Source of the DNA: a virus
Lineage: Duplodnaviria; Caudoviricetes
Reading direction: 5' to 3' (one strand)
DNA length: 64,000 nucleotides
IMG/VR virus record: IMGVR_UViG_3300028048_000121
Coordinates: 17,751-81,750 of that record
The position numbers and the translations under genes were made by a program. Positions 23,282 through 34,466 of this stretch are shown in pieces. Within the stretch, counting starts at the first letter, position 1; each line of letters begins with the position of its first letter. A model generated the notes under the pieces. That model saw only the letters and a program-made list of their open reading frames with translations, ran no database searches and had not been told where the DNA came from.

Positions 23282-23701
23282 AATTTCCTCTCTAAAAGTA
23301 ATTGTTGGTTTAATATCAGTTGTATTTTGAATAGGGTTTTCATTTTTTGGATAATGGAATTCTCTTTTTCCTTTTCTCCATTCCAAATCGCACATTTCTG
23401 GACATTCTTCTTCCATTTGCAATGCTCCTAAAATATTAAATGCGGCTGCTGCTAGATGATCTTCATCATCCCACCCCGCGATGTATTTAGCTAAATGTCT
23501 TTCTGCTGAATCAAGAAAAGATGATAATGGAATACCCTTTAAATAATTAAAACGTCCATATTTTTTTGCACCTTCTTCATAGTGACGCGACAATCTAAGT
23601 AATGCCATCATAGGAAGGGAGAGCATATCTCCCTTCCCTTCATGCATATCTCTAACTGCACCAGTGTTAAATTCTGTTCTTTCACCAGAGTCTTTAATCA
23701 T
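23270..23701 (-). CDS. dATP/dGTP diphosphohydrolase-like (DUF5664) protein
   Basis: F.TGAVRD..EGKG, GAKKYG..N..KG, DSAERHL, EDHLAAAAFN. Confidence 0.75.
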   Translation of the reverse strand: MIKDSGERTEFNTGAVRDMHEGKGDMLSLPMMALLRLSRHYEEGAKKYGRFNYLKGIPLSSFLDSAERHLAKYIAGWDDEDHLAAAAFNILGALQMEEECPEMCDLEWRKGKREFHYPKNENPIQNTTDIKPTITFREEIGQR

Positions 23702-23703
23702 AT

Positions 23704-26700
23704 TTACTCCTTTATATTAATTCTTTCATGTTCTAAAGTCATATTTGAACCGTTAATATTTACAATTCTATATAATTGATGTGTTGAGGTTGTTTTATAA
23801 GTTTTAGCAACAAATGTATCTTCTCTTCTATATCCTGTTACCATAATTTTGGTTCCTCTAGAAAACCATCCTTTTTCTAATACTTTTTTACTACCATCTG
23901 TTTGTACTTCTGAAATTTGACGATTATACATGGCATAATATTCTTTAGTAAATTTTACATTAACAACACCTTCTGTTGTTAAAACCATAACCGATGCTTT
24001 TGTATTATTTTTACTAATAATTGTTCCTGCAATTTTATATAATTTAAAGATTGGAATATCTCTACCAGCTCTTTTGAAGAAATAATCTATTTCAGGTTCA
24101 TATGATAAAGTTGAAAAATTAACAATACCATATTTATGTTTATCAATATTAGCTAATTCATGTTCATGATAGTAAAAACACAAACTTTCCATTTCCCATG
24201 CGGAAATATTTCCAGTCGCATATTTATTCCATGTTTCATTAAATAACAAATTGTTATATTGATTTAATACTTCATTTTGATTTTCTTTTAACCAATTTCT
24301 TGCTTCATCCATTTCTTTTTGATAGATTTTATCCCATTTTGTTTGGAGAATACAAGTAATTCCATTAATAACATCAAGTTCATTTAAATCATAATATTGT
24401 GAATAAAAATTTAATGAACCTTCATCAAACACATAATATTTACCAACTTTTTTATTATCCTTAAGAAATTTATTAAAAACAAATACTTGTTTTTGTTTAT
24501 TTAATTCTTCTGGTACTAATCCACTTTTTAACAATCCATTAAAGTTCTGTAAAGTTAATCGTTTCTTTGGATCGCAAATTAATGATATATAATAAGCCAT
24601 AATTGAATATCTTGGATTTTCTTTACAAATTTTTGATGCCCATTTATTATCAATCTTATCAAAGGCTCCTGACTTAATTAAAGATACCATTTGAGTTTTA
24701 TTTAATGGGCATCTGCTCATAAAATCAATAATACCTTTATATGGGCGGCCGCTAATAATTTGATCAATTACTGGTCCACCAATTTTATTAACACCTTTTA
24801 GTCCAAACAAAATTTCATTATTTATTTCATCTGGTTCAAAACTAAAACCAGATTTATTAATATCAATTAGAGATACCTTAATTCCTCTTGATGTTATATC
24901 ACCAATGGCTTTTGCTAATTTGGAATAATCAGTTGATTTATCTTTTGTATTACCATCATCGTCATCGTCTTCTTCATCTTCAAGAGATGCGCTATTAACA
25001 ATGAGACAAGCTGTATTCCAATAAATTGGATTCCAATGAGTTGCAATATAAATTGTTTGCACTCCGATAAATGAATACGCAAGAGCGTGAATAATTGAGA
25101 ATGAATACCCCATCTGAGGTCCAACACCACATTCCCAAATATATTTACCAAGAGCAGGACTTGTTGCCTTATCCAAAATTTGTTGATGCAATTCTGGAAT
25201 TTTTGCCATTTGTTTTTTACCAACAATCTTGCGTGCGGCGTTTGCTTCTTTAAGAGAGAAACCACAGATTTTATCATCCATCAACATTCGCATTAACTGT
25301 TCCTGAGATGGAGGTACTCCATAAGATTGTTTAAAATATGGTTCAACCGCAGTTTGCTCTTCTTTTGTTAAACCAGCTCGATCCATTTCTTGATACCATA
25401 ATGATAAATTATTTTTATAACGAATATATTTTTCCATTGGTGTTTCTGCGCCTTTTTCTGCGGTCATAAGACGCATCAAACCATTGGCATCCGCCATCTC
25501 CAAAATATTCGTTGGTTTAATTTTTTTTGCCGCCTGAGAACCGACATCTGAATCAAACTGAAATATATTTAATACACTACCCTCTTGTAGAGCTTTCCAT
25601 ATTTCTTTTTTATCTAATGGCAAAACTTCTGGATGAAGATATTTATTATATACTTCTCTTAGTGTTAAATTACTATCAATTTTATTATATTTTTGAAGAA
25701 GTCTAATAGTTTCTGCAATTTTGTCTTGTACTTCTGTTACAAGAAAATCATACTTTGTCATACCACATGCTTCACAATTATGAAGATCCCATTGTGTAAT
25801 AATTTCACCTTTTGGAGTCTTCATGAAACATCCAAATTCATATGGATCTTCATCAAACAAAATTACACCTGAAGCATGACTAGAACGTTTATTAACAATT
25901 CCCTCTATCGCCATTGCAATATCTAAAAGACCAGGATATTTGTTTATTTCATTAATAAAAGCTGTAATGGGTTTTCTATCTTTATCTTTATTACCATAAA
26001 CGACATCTTTAAGAGGCCAGAGAAATCCTCTTTCACTTGGAATCAATGATGATAAGTATTGTGCTGTATCTACATCTATTCCATCTCGATAATCAGTTAT
26101 CCATCCATCTTCATTTTCATTTGTTGGTCCAGATACAGTATATCCAGATCCTTGACCCCTATATCCTCGACAAGCTGTAAGAATCGCACTCTTTGTTCCC
26201 TCGGTTCCAAAAGTGGCAATAAGAGTACATCCAAGATTTTTCCTTGAAAGTTCATCAATTTCATTTGAAAAGTTTGCACCACGTTCCTTTTTTATTTCTT
26301 GAAGAATTAATGGTCTTTTGCTTGGACACAGATCGATATCGATGTCGCCAAGTTCTACACGGTCTCGATTGAGATATCTCCAAAATGGCAACTCCCACTG
26401 AATAGGGTCAAGCTGAGTAATACCTAAAAGATAATGATTTAATCCTGAACATGATGAACCTCTACCAGCACCAACTGTACTACCACATTCCCAAAATAAG
26501 TCAACATAATGTTGAAGAGTAATTGGATAACTAAACATATTAGTTTCAAGCTTTTTACTAATCGTTTTTTTAATATCTGCTTCTTCTTCAAGTCGAGAAA
26601 GATAAATATCATTATCTTTATTAAGTTGTTTTAATTTTATTAAACATTCATTTACCCAATATCTTTCATATTTATCATTTGATATTTTCATATTATATAA

Positions 26701-27678
26701 ATTTGGATATTGAGATAAACTTTTATCTTCATATGGAAGATAATTTTTTACTTCTACTTTTGGAATAGTTTGTTTATGTCTAATATCATAATTTTCAATT
26801 TTATTATAAATCTCATATGAATTATTTACTAATTCATCATAATCTAATTCAGATGGAGCAATATTTTCTTTTATATCATTTTCATCTTGAAGATATGTAT
26901 ATTCATAAAATGCATCAACTTCACGTTCTCCACCTTTTGAATTAAGATATGCTTTATGAACAAATCTATCTTCTTTTTTAAGATAATGAGCATCTGACCC
27001 AAGAACCATTTTACATTTAAATGCGGCAGCCACAGCTTTAAGACGCCTATTAACCGCAATTTGTTCGTTTGATTGACCTGGTGCACATTCAATATAGAAG
27101 TCTTCATTAAAAAGATTTTTACACCATAAAATAAATTTTACAATATTATTATGGGCTTCTGTAATTCCTATTGTATCTTTATGTTTTTCAGCTTTAATAA
27201 GATTTAAAACTTGTGATGATACTTCTCCGCCTAAACAAGCTGTTGTTGCAATTAAACTATTTGGATATTTATTAACAATTTCCTCAAGTTCATCATAAAT
27301 AGTTGGAACTCTTTCAAGTCCTCTATCCCAATAGCTGTTCATCCACGCCCTTGAAGATAATTCTCTTAATGCTCTAAAACCAGTTTTATTTTTTGCAATC
27401 AAAATAAAATGATAATATTTTTGACCCATTTCTCTATTTGGCGTTAAATATATTTCATTACCTAGTGCAACTTTAAAATCTGGATGTTCTTTTAATATAT
27501 CTTGAGCATAAAAATTTGCTTGCGGCGCCCCCGATAGACATTCATGATCCGTAAGTGCCAATCCGCATAAACCTATTTCTATCGCTCTATCTATAAGAGC
27601 TGGAATTTTTATTATACTATCAAGCAAACGAATATTTGAGTATTCACTGTGCGAGTGCGGCTCAAAGCGTTTTATCAT
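23704..27678 (-). CDS. dnaE: DNA polymerase III alpha subunit (family C)
   Basis: PHP HSHSEYS/LTDHE, GRGS, DIDID, HASGV, KYDFL, YSFS..HA; 1324 aa with no TAG. Confidence 0.95.
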   Translation of the reverse strand: MIKRFEPHSHSEYSNIRLLDSIIKIPALIDRAIEIGLCGLALTDHECLSGAPQANFYAQDILKEHPDFKVALGNEIYLTPNREMGQKYYHFILIAKNKTGFRALRELSSRAWMNSYWDRGLERVPTIYDELEEIVNKYPNSLIATTACLGGEVSSQVLNLIKAEKHKDTIGITEAHNNIVKFILWCKNLFNEDFYIECAPGQSNEQIAVNRRLKAVAAAFKCKMVLGSDAHYLKKEDRFVHKAYLNSKGGEREVDAFYEYTYLQDENDIKENIAPSELDYDELVNNSYEIYNKIENYDIRHKQTIPKVEVKNYLPYEDKSLSQYPNLYNMKISNDKYERYWVNECLIKLKQLNKDNDIYLSRLEEEADIKKTISKKLETNMFSYPITLQHYVDLFWECGSTVGAGRGSSCSGLNHYLLGITQLDPIQWELPFWRYLNRDRVELGDIDIDLCPSKRPLILQEIKKERGANFSNEIDELSRKNLGCTLIATFGTEGTKSAILTACRGYRGQGSGYTVSGPTNENEDGWITDYRDGIDVDTAQYLSSLIPSERGFLWPLKDVVYGNKDKDRKPITAFINEINKYPGLLDIAMAIEGIVNKRSSHASGVILFDEDPYEFGCFMKTPKGEIITQWDLHNCEACGMTKYDFLVTEVQDKIAETIRLLQKYNKIDSNLTLREVYNKYLHPEVLPLDKKEIWKALQEGSVLNIFQFDSDVGSQAAKKIKPTNILEMADANGLMRLMTAEKGAETPMEKYIRYKNNLSLWYQEMDRAGLTKEEQTAVEPYFKQSYGVPPSQEQLMRMLMDDKICGFSLKEANAARKIVGKKQMAKIPELHQQILDKATSPALGKYIWECGVGPQMGYSFSIIHALAYSFIGVQTIYIATHWNPIYWNTACLIVNSASLEDEEDDDDDGNTKDKSTDYSKLAKAIGDITSRGIKVSLIDINKSGFSFEPDEINNEILFGLKGVNKIGGPVIDQIISGRPYKGIIDFMSRCPLNKTQMVSLIKSGAFDKIDNKWASKICKENPRYSIMAYYISLICDPKKRLTLQNFNGLLKSGLVPEELNKQKQVFVFNKFLKDNKKVGKYYVFDEGSLNFYSQYYDLNELDVINGITCILQTKWDKIYQKEMDEARNWLKENQNEVLNQYNNLLFNETWNKYATGNISAWEMESLCFYYHEHELANIDKHKYGIVNFSTLSYEPEIDYFFKRAGRDIPIFKLYKIAGTIISKNNTKASVMVLTTEGVVNVKFTKEYYAMYNRQISEVQTDGSKKVLEKGWFSRGTKIMVTGYRREDTFVAKTYKTTSTHQLYRIVNINGSNMTLEHERINIKE

Positions 27679-27729
27679 TACTCTACTACCTCTTTCATTA
27701 TATTATATTTATATTATAATATAAATTAA

Positions 27730-27906
27730 TAAAAAAGTCAAGCGAGTTGCCCCGCTTGACTCGAATCAAAAATAAATATTAATTTACGTTGTCCATTGGA
27801 GTGTACCTCCTATAAAGTATTAAGGTATTAATTACAAAAATATTAAATTACTGCAAATTACCTGTACATTGGACCGTACCTCTCTTTCATAATATTTATT
27901 TCTTAC
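27730..27906 (-). ncRNA. Candidate small structured RNA, copy A
   Basis: Own TTGACA-17-TATAAT promoter (27941-27913) and terminator hairpin (27737-27760); no long ORF; conserved blocks shared with copy B. Confidence 0.55.
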
Positions 27907-27948
27907 AATTATATTATACCAAAAATTTTTTATTTTGTCAAATTTTAT

Positions 27949-28395
27949 TTAAATTGGATAATTTAATTCTTTACATTTTATACCATGTGAACAAAAATAA
28001 TCTTGTAAAGCAACTCTTTCACTACATAAATTATTTGGCGCTTCATAAACTATTAAAACAATAGTATCTTTATTAAATTTATTTAAACAAAATTCAAATG
28101 CTTTTATCATTTTATCAAAATCAACAGTTTCAAGTAATTGTCGGTATTCTTTCATTGTAGGACAATTTCCTTGTAAAATGTTTTTATTTTCACAGGGACA
28201 ATAATGAGTTCCCTGAGACTGGACTATAAGAGGTTCATATCGAAGTCCGCATACTATTCCTCTTTTATCTCTATAATATTCTTCGCCTTGAGGCGGGCGG
28301 TACCAGTCTGGATCGCGGAGGCAGGTTGAAACAGGTATGAGATTAGGGGTAAAGTTCCTAATCTGATAAAAATAGCTAGTTTTTATTTTTATCAT
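27949..28395 (-). CDS. DUF488-like protein, paralog A
   Basis: IKTSYF start, YE.PNNLCSER motif; clearly similar to 29383-29829. Confidence 0.65.
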   Translation of the reverse strand: MIKIKTSYFYQIRNFTPNLIPVSTCLRDPDWYRPPQGEEYYRDKRGIVCGLRYEPLIVQSQGTHYCPCENKNILQGNCPTMKEYRQLLETVDFDKMIKAFEFCLNKFNKDTIVLIVYEAPNNLCSERVALQDYFCSHGIKCKELNYPI

Positions 28396-28581
28396 TATAT
28401 TCATTTATCGCTTTCTTTAAAACTTCTTTTGGTATTATTTCATAATTTCTTTTATTAAACCAATAATATCCAGGTTTATCTTCTACTGTTTCAAAAGTAA
28501 AAATTATTTCAATTTCCTTCAATCAATCTTCTTAATTCGCTTTCTTCTACTAATCTATATTTTTTCATAAAATCCCCTTAT

Positions 28582-28935
28582 TTAATAATATCCTACTTTA
28601 TCATACATTTGAGCATATGTTTTTACATGATTATGAGTTAAAACACCTAATAATGTTTCTTTATCATCTTCTTCTTTTATATATATACGTGCTGTATCTG
28701 TAGTGATAGCAGAACGTCCTTTAGGTCTAGTTAATCGTTTAGCGCAATTCTCAATTCTTTTCATATCAGTCGTGTTTAACTCCATCCGACCTTCTGTTCC
28801 CACTACTACAAAGATAGGTTTTCCATTTTTAAATATAGGTTTGGTGTCTTTTATTTTACCGCACCATTTAATACTATATTCTTCATGCACGTCTGTTACT
28901 ATAAGGTGACTCTTTATATTAATTTCTTCTATCAT
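28582..28935 (-). CDS. Hypothetical protein
   Basis: Intact ORF with SD. Confidence 0.55.
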   Translation of the reverse strand: MIEEINIKSHLIVTDVHEEYSIKWCGKIKDTKPIFKNGKPIFVVVGTEGRMELNTTDMKRIENCAKRLTRPKGRSAITTDTARIYIKEEDDKETLLGVLTHNHVKTYAQMYDKVGYY

Positions 28936-28936
28936 T

Positions 28937-29143
28937 TTATTTCTCCAAAGAATTAAAAAAATCCATTATATCATTACTTACTTCTCTTGTAATTATGTTC
29001 TCACTTCGAGGAGCATCTTTAGATTTGTGATAAGGATGAATTTCCTTCCAGCATTTTAGCATATGCTTTCTAACTTTATCTTCTATTTTAAATTCTTTAC
29101 TACAAGTTGGACATACATACATTTTATTATTTACCTCTTTCAT
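28937..29143 (-). CDS. Small C2H2-like zinc-finger protein
   Basis: YVCPTCSKEF....VRKH; may start at MYVC. Confidence 0.55.
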   Translation of the reverse strand: MKEVNNKMYVCPTCSKEFKIEDKVRKHMLKCWKEIHPYHKSKDAPRSENIITREVSNDIMDFFNSLEK

Positions 29144-29174
29144 TTATATTATATTTATATTATAATATAATAAA

Positions 29175-29340
29175 ATAAAAAAGTCAAGTGGGAAACAATC
29201 CCACTTGACATATAAAATAAATATTTTTAAGCTACATTGTCCATTGGAGTGCCCTCCATAATTCTTGTTGAAGCGTCTACGGGTTACAAATTATTTAGCC
29301 CATTGGACCGTACCTCTCTTTCGTAATATTTATTTCTTAT
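29175..29340 (-). ncRNA. Candidate small structured RNA, copy B
   Basis: TTGACA-17-TATAAT promoter (29375-29347), terminator 29181-29210, same conserved blocks as copy A. Confidence 0.55.
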
Positions 29341-29382
29341 AATTATATTATATCAAAAATTTTTGAAGTTGTCAAATTTTAT

Positions 29383-29829
29383 TTAAATTGGATAATTTAA
29401 TTCTTTACAATTTATACCATGTGAACAAAAATATTCTTGTAGACACTTTCGTTCACTACATAAATTATTGGGAGCTTCATATACCATTAAAACTATAATA
29501 TCTTTATTAAATTTATTTAAACAAAATTCAAATGCTTTTATCATTTTGTCAAAATCAATAGTTTCAAGTAATTGTCTATATTCTTGCATAGTAGGACAGC
29601 TACCTTTTAATATTTCTTTTTCTTCGCATGGGCAATAATGCGTTCCCTGAGATTGGACTATAAGAGGTTCATAGCGGAGACCGCATATTATTCCTTTTTT
29701 GTCTATATAATATTCTTTTCCTATTGGCGGTTTAAACCATTTAGGATCTGATAGACAAGTTGAAACTGGCACCATATTTTGTTTAAAATTACGAATTTGA
29801 TAAAAGTATGAAGTATATATTTTTATCAT
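29383..29829 (-). CDS. DUF488-like protein, paralog B
   Basis: IYTSYF start; near-duplicate of 27949-28395. Confidence 0.65.
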   Translation of the reverse strand: MIKIYTSYFYQIRNFKQNMVPVSTCLSDPKWFKPPIGKEYYIDKKGIICGLRYEPLIVQSQGTHYCPCEEKEILKGSCPTMQEYRQLLETIDFDKMIKAFEFCLNKFNKDIIVLMVYEAPNNLCSERKCLQEYFCSHGINCKELNYPI

Positions 29830-30215
29830 TAATAATATCTTAGAGGAGCTGAGTAATAAGGAAATAAAAATTGCATTTGATTGGAATATAATAATTGTTG
29901 TTTACAACTATTTAATCTTTCTTGCAACATTTTAAATTCCATATCATGCAATCTTAAATCAGCTAGTATTTTTGCTTGAACATCAGAAGAAGGAACTTCA
30001 TCTACTTTATAATATTTTCTCATAATTTCATTTTCTTGAGAAAGCTTATCTATTTCAATGACCCGATTATTTAATGTGGTATTATTATTTTTTAAAATAT
30101 TATTTTCTTCTTTTAAATCATCAATTGTTTTTTGAAGCTCATCGCAACTTTTTTGCCAAAAAGCCAAATCTCTCTCTAAGGATTCAATTTTCTTTTTATA
30201 TTTATTAAAAAACAT
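29829..30215 (-). CDS. Coiled-coil hypothetical protein
   Basis: Intact ORF, TAATG-coupled to the next gene. Confidence 0.55.
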   Translation of the reverse strand: MFFNKYKKKIESLERDLAFWQKSCDELQKTIDDLKEENNILKNNNTTLNNRVIEIDKLSQENEIMRKYYKVDEVPSSDVQAKILADLRLHDMEFKMLQERLNSCKQQLLYSNQMQFLFPYYSAPLRYY

Positions 30216-30391
30216 TTAATTTAGAACCTCATTTAATTTATTTATAATATTCGTACTTTAAATTAATCCATTCAATAAATTTTTCAGTTGATTCATTATA
30301 TAAATCATTATAAATATCAATTTCCTCATCAGATAATAAGTCAAAAACAACTTTCATTTTGTCAATAAAAATAATTATATCATTCATATTG

Positions 30392-31573
30392 TCACCTTAC
30401 CAATACTAATTTTTCACTAGCTCTTGTACAAGCTGTATATAACCATCGAATATGTTCTTTTTTATCAAAAGGAAAAGATTCCTCCAAAACGAGAACTTTA
30501 GACCACTCTGACCCCTGTGACTTGTGGCATGTAATCGCATATGCATAAGTAAATTCCTTCGGCACTATTTCACCATATCCAAGCTTCAGTTTTCCAAGTT
30601 TATAAGACAGCTTCCAATCACAACATTTAACTCCAGACATAATCATTTGTCTATCCATTTCTGTCATTAAATACACATCATCCATATCTGGAATAACCAA
30701 ATCTCCCATTAATACATCAAATTTTCTAATATTACTTTTTACAAACCGCGGGATTTGTCTCCAAGTTTGAAAACTGTTTTGAAGAATACCAATAGTACCA
30801 TTAATTAGTGGGTCTCCTTTATTACTAAGGTCATCCCAATAATTACGTAGACAAATCATTTTATCTCCGTCTACAGGATAGTCTGGATGGTTTAACAACT
30901 GTCTCATTTGATTATTAATAGATTCACGTTTAGCATTTGTTGCAGTTAATACTTGATCTGCCCACTGTAATGCTCCAGTATTAAGTTGAGAGTATGGAAT
31001 GATTTTTACTTCTTTCCCATCATAATAATCAATTGGTTCATTGTTTCTAATTTTCATTGTAAGTCGAATAATTTCTGATTCTTGCGCTTGCCGCATAATT
31101 TCATCCAGAAAAATATGAGGATGGTCTAATAGATGATTATCTTCATCCTTATCTATTGGCGGCAACTGACCAGGATCACCTAAACAAATTACATATACAT
31201 TATGAGTAAATAATAAATCTATTAATGTTTTAGGAGCCATACTTACTTCATCAACGACGATAATACTATAATCTAATTGCGGTTTTGGTTTTCTAAAAAA
31301 TCCACCATCAGGCTTTGGAATGGATTCATATAAAAGTTTATGTAAAGTACAAGCATTTTTATTACCTTTTTTGCGAAGAACCTCTGCAGCCTTACCAGTG
31401 AAAGCACAATAACATACATTATCTTCATCAACATCTAAAGCTTCAATAATAAATCGCACAAGCGTACTTTTTCCACTACCCGCGTAACCACTAATTACTG
31501 TATATTTTTTACCTGCGTTATATCTATCTATTGAAATTAATAATCCTTCTGCTTGTTTTTTTGTTAAAATCAT
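30392..31573 (-). CDS. SF1B RecD/Dda-like helicase
   Basis: GYAGSGKS, DEVSM, GDPGQLPP, YAITCHKSQGSEW, YTACTRA. Confidence 0.9.
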   Translation of the reverse strand: MILTKKQAEGLLISIDRYNAGKKYTVISGYAGSGKSTLVRFIIEALDVDEDNVCYCAFTGKAAEVLRKKGNKNACTLHKLLYESIPKPDGGFFRKPKPQLDYSIIVVDEVSMAPKTLIDLLFTHNVYVICLGDPGQLPPIDKDEDNHLLDHPHIFLDEIMRQAQESEIIRLTMKIRNNEPIDYYDGKEVKIIPYSQLNTGALQWADQVLTATNAKRESINNQMRQLLNHPDYPVDGDKMICLRNYWDDLSNKGDPLINGTIGILQNSFQTWRQIPRFVKSNIRKFDVLMGDLVIPDMDDVYLMTEMDRQMIMSGVKCCDWKLSYKLGKLKLGYGEIVPKEFTYAYAITCHKSQGSEWSKVLVLEESFPFDKKEHIRWLYTACTRASEKLVLVR

Positions 31574-31710
31574 TTAATTTACTCCCTATAATTTTCTCTT
31601 ATATATATTATATCAAAAAATAAGAAAAAAATCAAATTAAGAAAATGCGTTTGAAAAAATCCAAACGCATTTTTTGTTTCCATGTTAGTGGTCATATACG
31701 CGCCGAGCAA

Positions 31711-31926
31711 TTAAGAAGATACTCCTAATGAATCTAAAAAATTTGCTATATGCATAGCACAAGTAGGACATATTTCAATATTAGATAATTCTATGTCAGA
31801 TTTAAATTTAGCTAATTTAATTCCATTTTTCATTGCATATATATATTTATTGGTTGGAATTGACATTGTTATAAATTTATTGTCTTCACATACTTTTTTA
31901 CATATATCGCATTTATAAACTATCAT
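31711..31926 (-). CDS. Small Cys4 zinc-binding protein
   Basis: CDIC and CPTC motifs. Confidence 0.55.
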   Translation of the reverse strand: MIVYKCDICKKVCEDNKFITMSIPTNKYIYAMKNGIKLAKFKSDIELSNIEICPTCAMHIANFLDSLGVSS

Positions 31927-31939
31927 TTTTTATTTCCTT

Positions 31940-32626
31940 TTATAAATATTCCCAATGATAACCACCGCTTGTTTTTTGAGCGCCTCTACAGGTTGCGGCT
32001 ATTCCAGTGTGTGCAATCCCTGTTTTTTGGCTAGCTTCACGAGTTGATTGAAAAATTTGATTTAATTCAATACATAAACATTTTTTACCATTACTATGTT
32101 TACCATAATTAGGGTTGTTTGAGCCAGACATTCTTTTACTATGATTAATTTTCCATTCTTCATCATGTTTTATTTGTGGAGATGGATGAGTTTTCCAATA
32201 CTATTTTAAAAATATAGAATGTTCTTTTCTTCTTTTCTAACCTTCTTTAGTTTGATAATATTCTTTTTTTAACTAACTTTGTTTTGTTTTCCATTCTTTA
32301 GATGGATGCCAACCAGAAGTCCCCTAACCACCTTCGGTTAAATTATAATGATTTGGATTTTTAAAACTATTATAATGATTTATCCAAAATTTTTCTCTAT
32401 CAGAAGCAATTAATGAATATTGCTCTTCAGGGATGTTTTCTATAATAGATAGTATAAAATTATCCTTTCCATATTTATTAATAGCATGATTTAATGCCGC
32501 ACATCCTTTTCTATTATATTTTGCCTCAGATAAATGTGTACTCCAACGATTTTCAATATTTTTGGCCTTGCCAATATAAATATGATGATTTATTTTATTT
32601 TCAATTTTATAAATTCCACAACTCAT
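31940..32626 (-). CDS. GIY-YIG homing endonuclease with NUMOD-type C-terminus (TAG read-through)
   Basis: GIYKIEN..YIG, YNLTEGG*G, C-terminal HTH/NUMOD1-like GGYHW; joins ORFs 32324 and 31940. Confidence 0.8.
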
Positions 32627-34407
32627 TAAAAATAATACCCCTCATCTATAATTTCAATATTTTCAACAATTAATTGAGGATAAATTTTATTATTCCAAAA
32701 ATTTTGATTGCATTTGCAAATTGCATTTGCTTCTTTAAATTTATCTGGTTGAACAGTAAATTTTTCAATCTATTCTTCAGTTCCATTAAACTTAATAATA
32801 GATAATCCATTTTTAAGATTAAATTTTAAAGTATTACTTTTCATTATTTGAAAATTAGAATTTGTAATTTTAAAATTAATATTTACATAAGCTCTATCAA
32901 TATCTTGTCCCCAATAGTCATTCATGTTTGCAATATCTAATATTGTTTGATTATTATTTTCATTTTCTTTAAAATCATAATCAATTCTGTAAATAGGCTC
33001 AATAGATACATCTTCTAATAGTTGATCAATATGATAAAGAAAATTATTAACTTGATTTCCTTTTATTCCAATACCATGTGCATTATCATGTCCTTCTACA
33101 TAAATTACTTCAGGACATTGTTCAAGAATTTCTTTAAAACTATTAATTCCAGTTTTTGTATATCCGCGTCCAGAACCTTCATATGTTTCCTCACCTTTTC
33201 TATTGGTTCTCGTTAATAAACAACATGGTCTTTGATATTTTGCCATAAATTTATTTGCAATCAAACCGCGAATTTCAGAATCAATTTGACCAGGTTCTAA
33301 TAAAAATAAAAGAATTTTATGGTCAAGCATATGATTAGTTTCAATCATTTTCTCTAACATAGCCAAACCTGCATCTTCTGCTCTTGTCTGTCTATTTTTA
33401 ACATTTGTAACTATTCTAATTGCTTGTAAAATTAATTTTTCTGTCTCTCCTAATTTATGTCCATGTTTATTTGAAATAACTTCTTCAAATGCTTTATGAT
33501 TTAGCATAGCATTAAATAATAAATTTTTCTATTCTATAGTGCCACTTCTGGTAATAGCATTAACAAAAGGAACAATAAAAAAGGCGGCGCCGATAGAAGT
33601 ACAACTCATATCAGAATTAGAAGGAATATAGTCTGGTTTAGTTAATGGAAAAGAGTTTTTATCAAGCATATAATCAATAAAAGGATTTTTTATATTCTAT
33701 TTTTTAAATCCTTTTGTAATTAAATAGCGAGTTTCAAATGAACGTAAACTCATCATATCTGCATCTAATCCAAGAGCAACTAAATCAATAAAATTATCAG
33801 CATAATTTACATTTAATATACTATCTATATATCGACAAAATTGCCAGACTACGCCAACACCAGATAATTCTTTATTAGGATAATCAGATAATTGATTATT
33901 AATAATTACTGCATATTCACTAATATGATCTGCTAAATGGTGGTCTAATACTAATACTCCTATTCCTTTTTTAAATAGTTGATAATGATAATCATAATCA
34001 TTGCTACTTGAATCTGGACAAATTACTAATGAATAATTATTAGATATTTTATTTATACAATCAGATAAGCCATGCTGCTTACTATCATGCATTATCCATG
34101 TTAAATGATTATTAATCCAAGTTGGAAATATTGAATATAAATAATTAATTAAAAGGGCGGCTGATGTATATCCATCGCAATCACAGTCTACAACAATTAA
34201 AGCATTTTGATTCTTTGATATTGTATTAAGTAATAATTTTAATCCATCTTTTAAATTTTTCTATCCTAATAATAAGGGTGAATTAATATCTTTATCTGAT
34301 AAATTTATATAATGTAATATATCATTTTCTGCAATACCTCTATTATATAAAACTTGTTGAATTGCTGAAAAATTTTTATTTGGTTTATTTATTAATTCAT
34401 ATTTCAT
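32626..34407 (-). CDS. recJ: RecJ-like DHH ssDNA exonuclease (TAG read-through)
   Basis: DCDCDG, PDSS, LDHH, ADMM, GSGRG, GHDNAHG; joins ORFs 33697 and 32770; TAATG coupling at 32626. Confidence 0.85.
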
Positions 34408-34466
34408 TTAATTACTTCCTTTTATTTTAATATTTATATTTATTATATCAAAAAAAGAAAGAATTG

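Noticed and set aside
26090-26165. Possible intein in dnaE
   Set aside because: Only a short Gly/acidic loop of about 20 aa; no C...HN splice motifs or endonuclease domain.
27780-29330. CRISPR mini-array or tRNA in the repeated intergenic blocks
   Set aside because: No identical, regularly spaced repeats, no cloverleaf or T-loop, and no cas gene; treated as a candidate sRNA instead.
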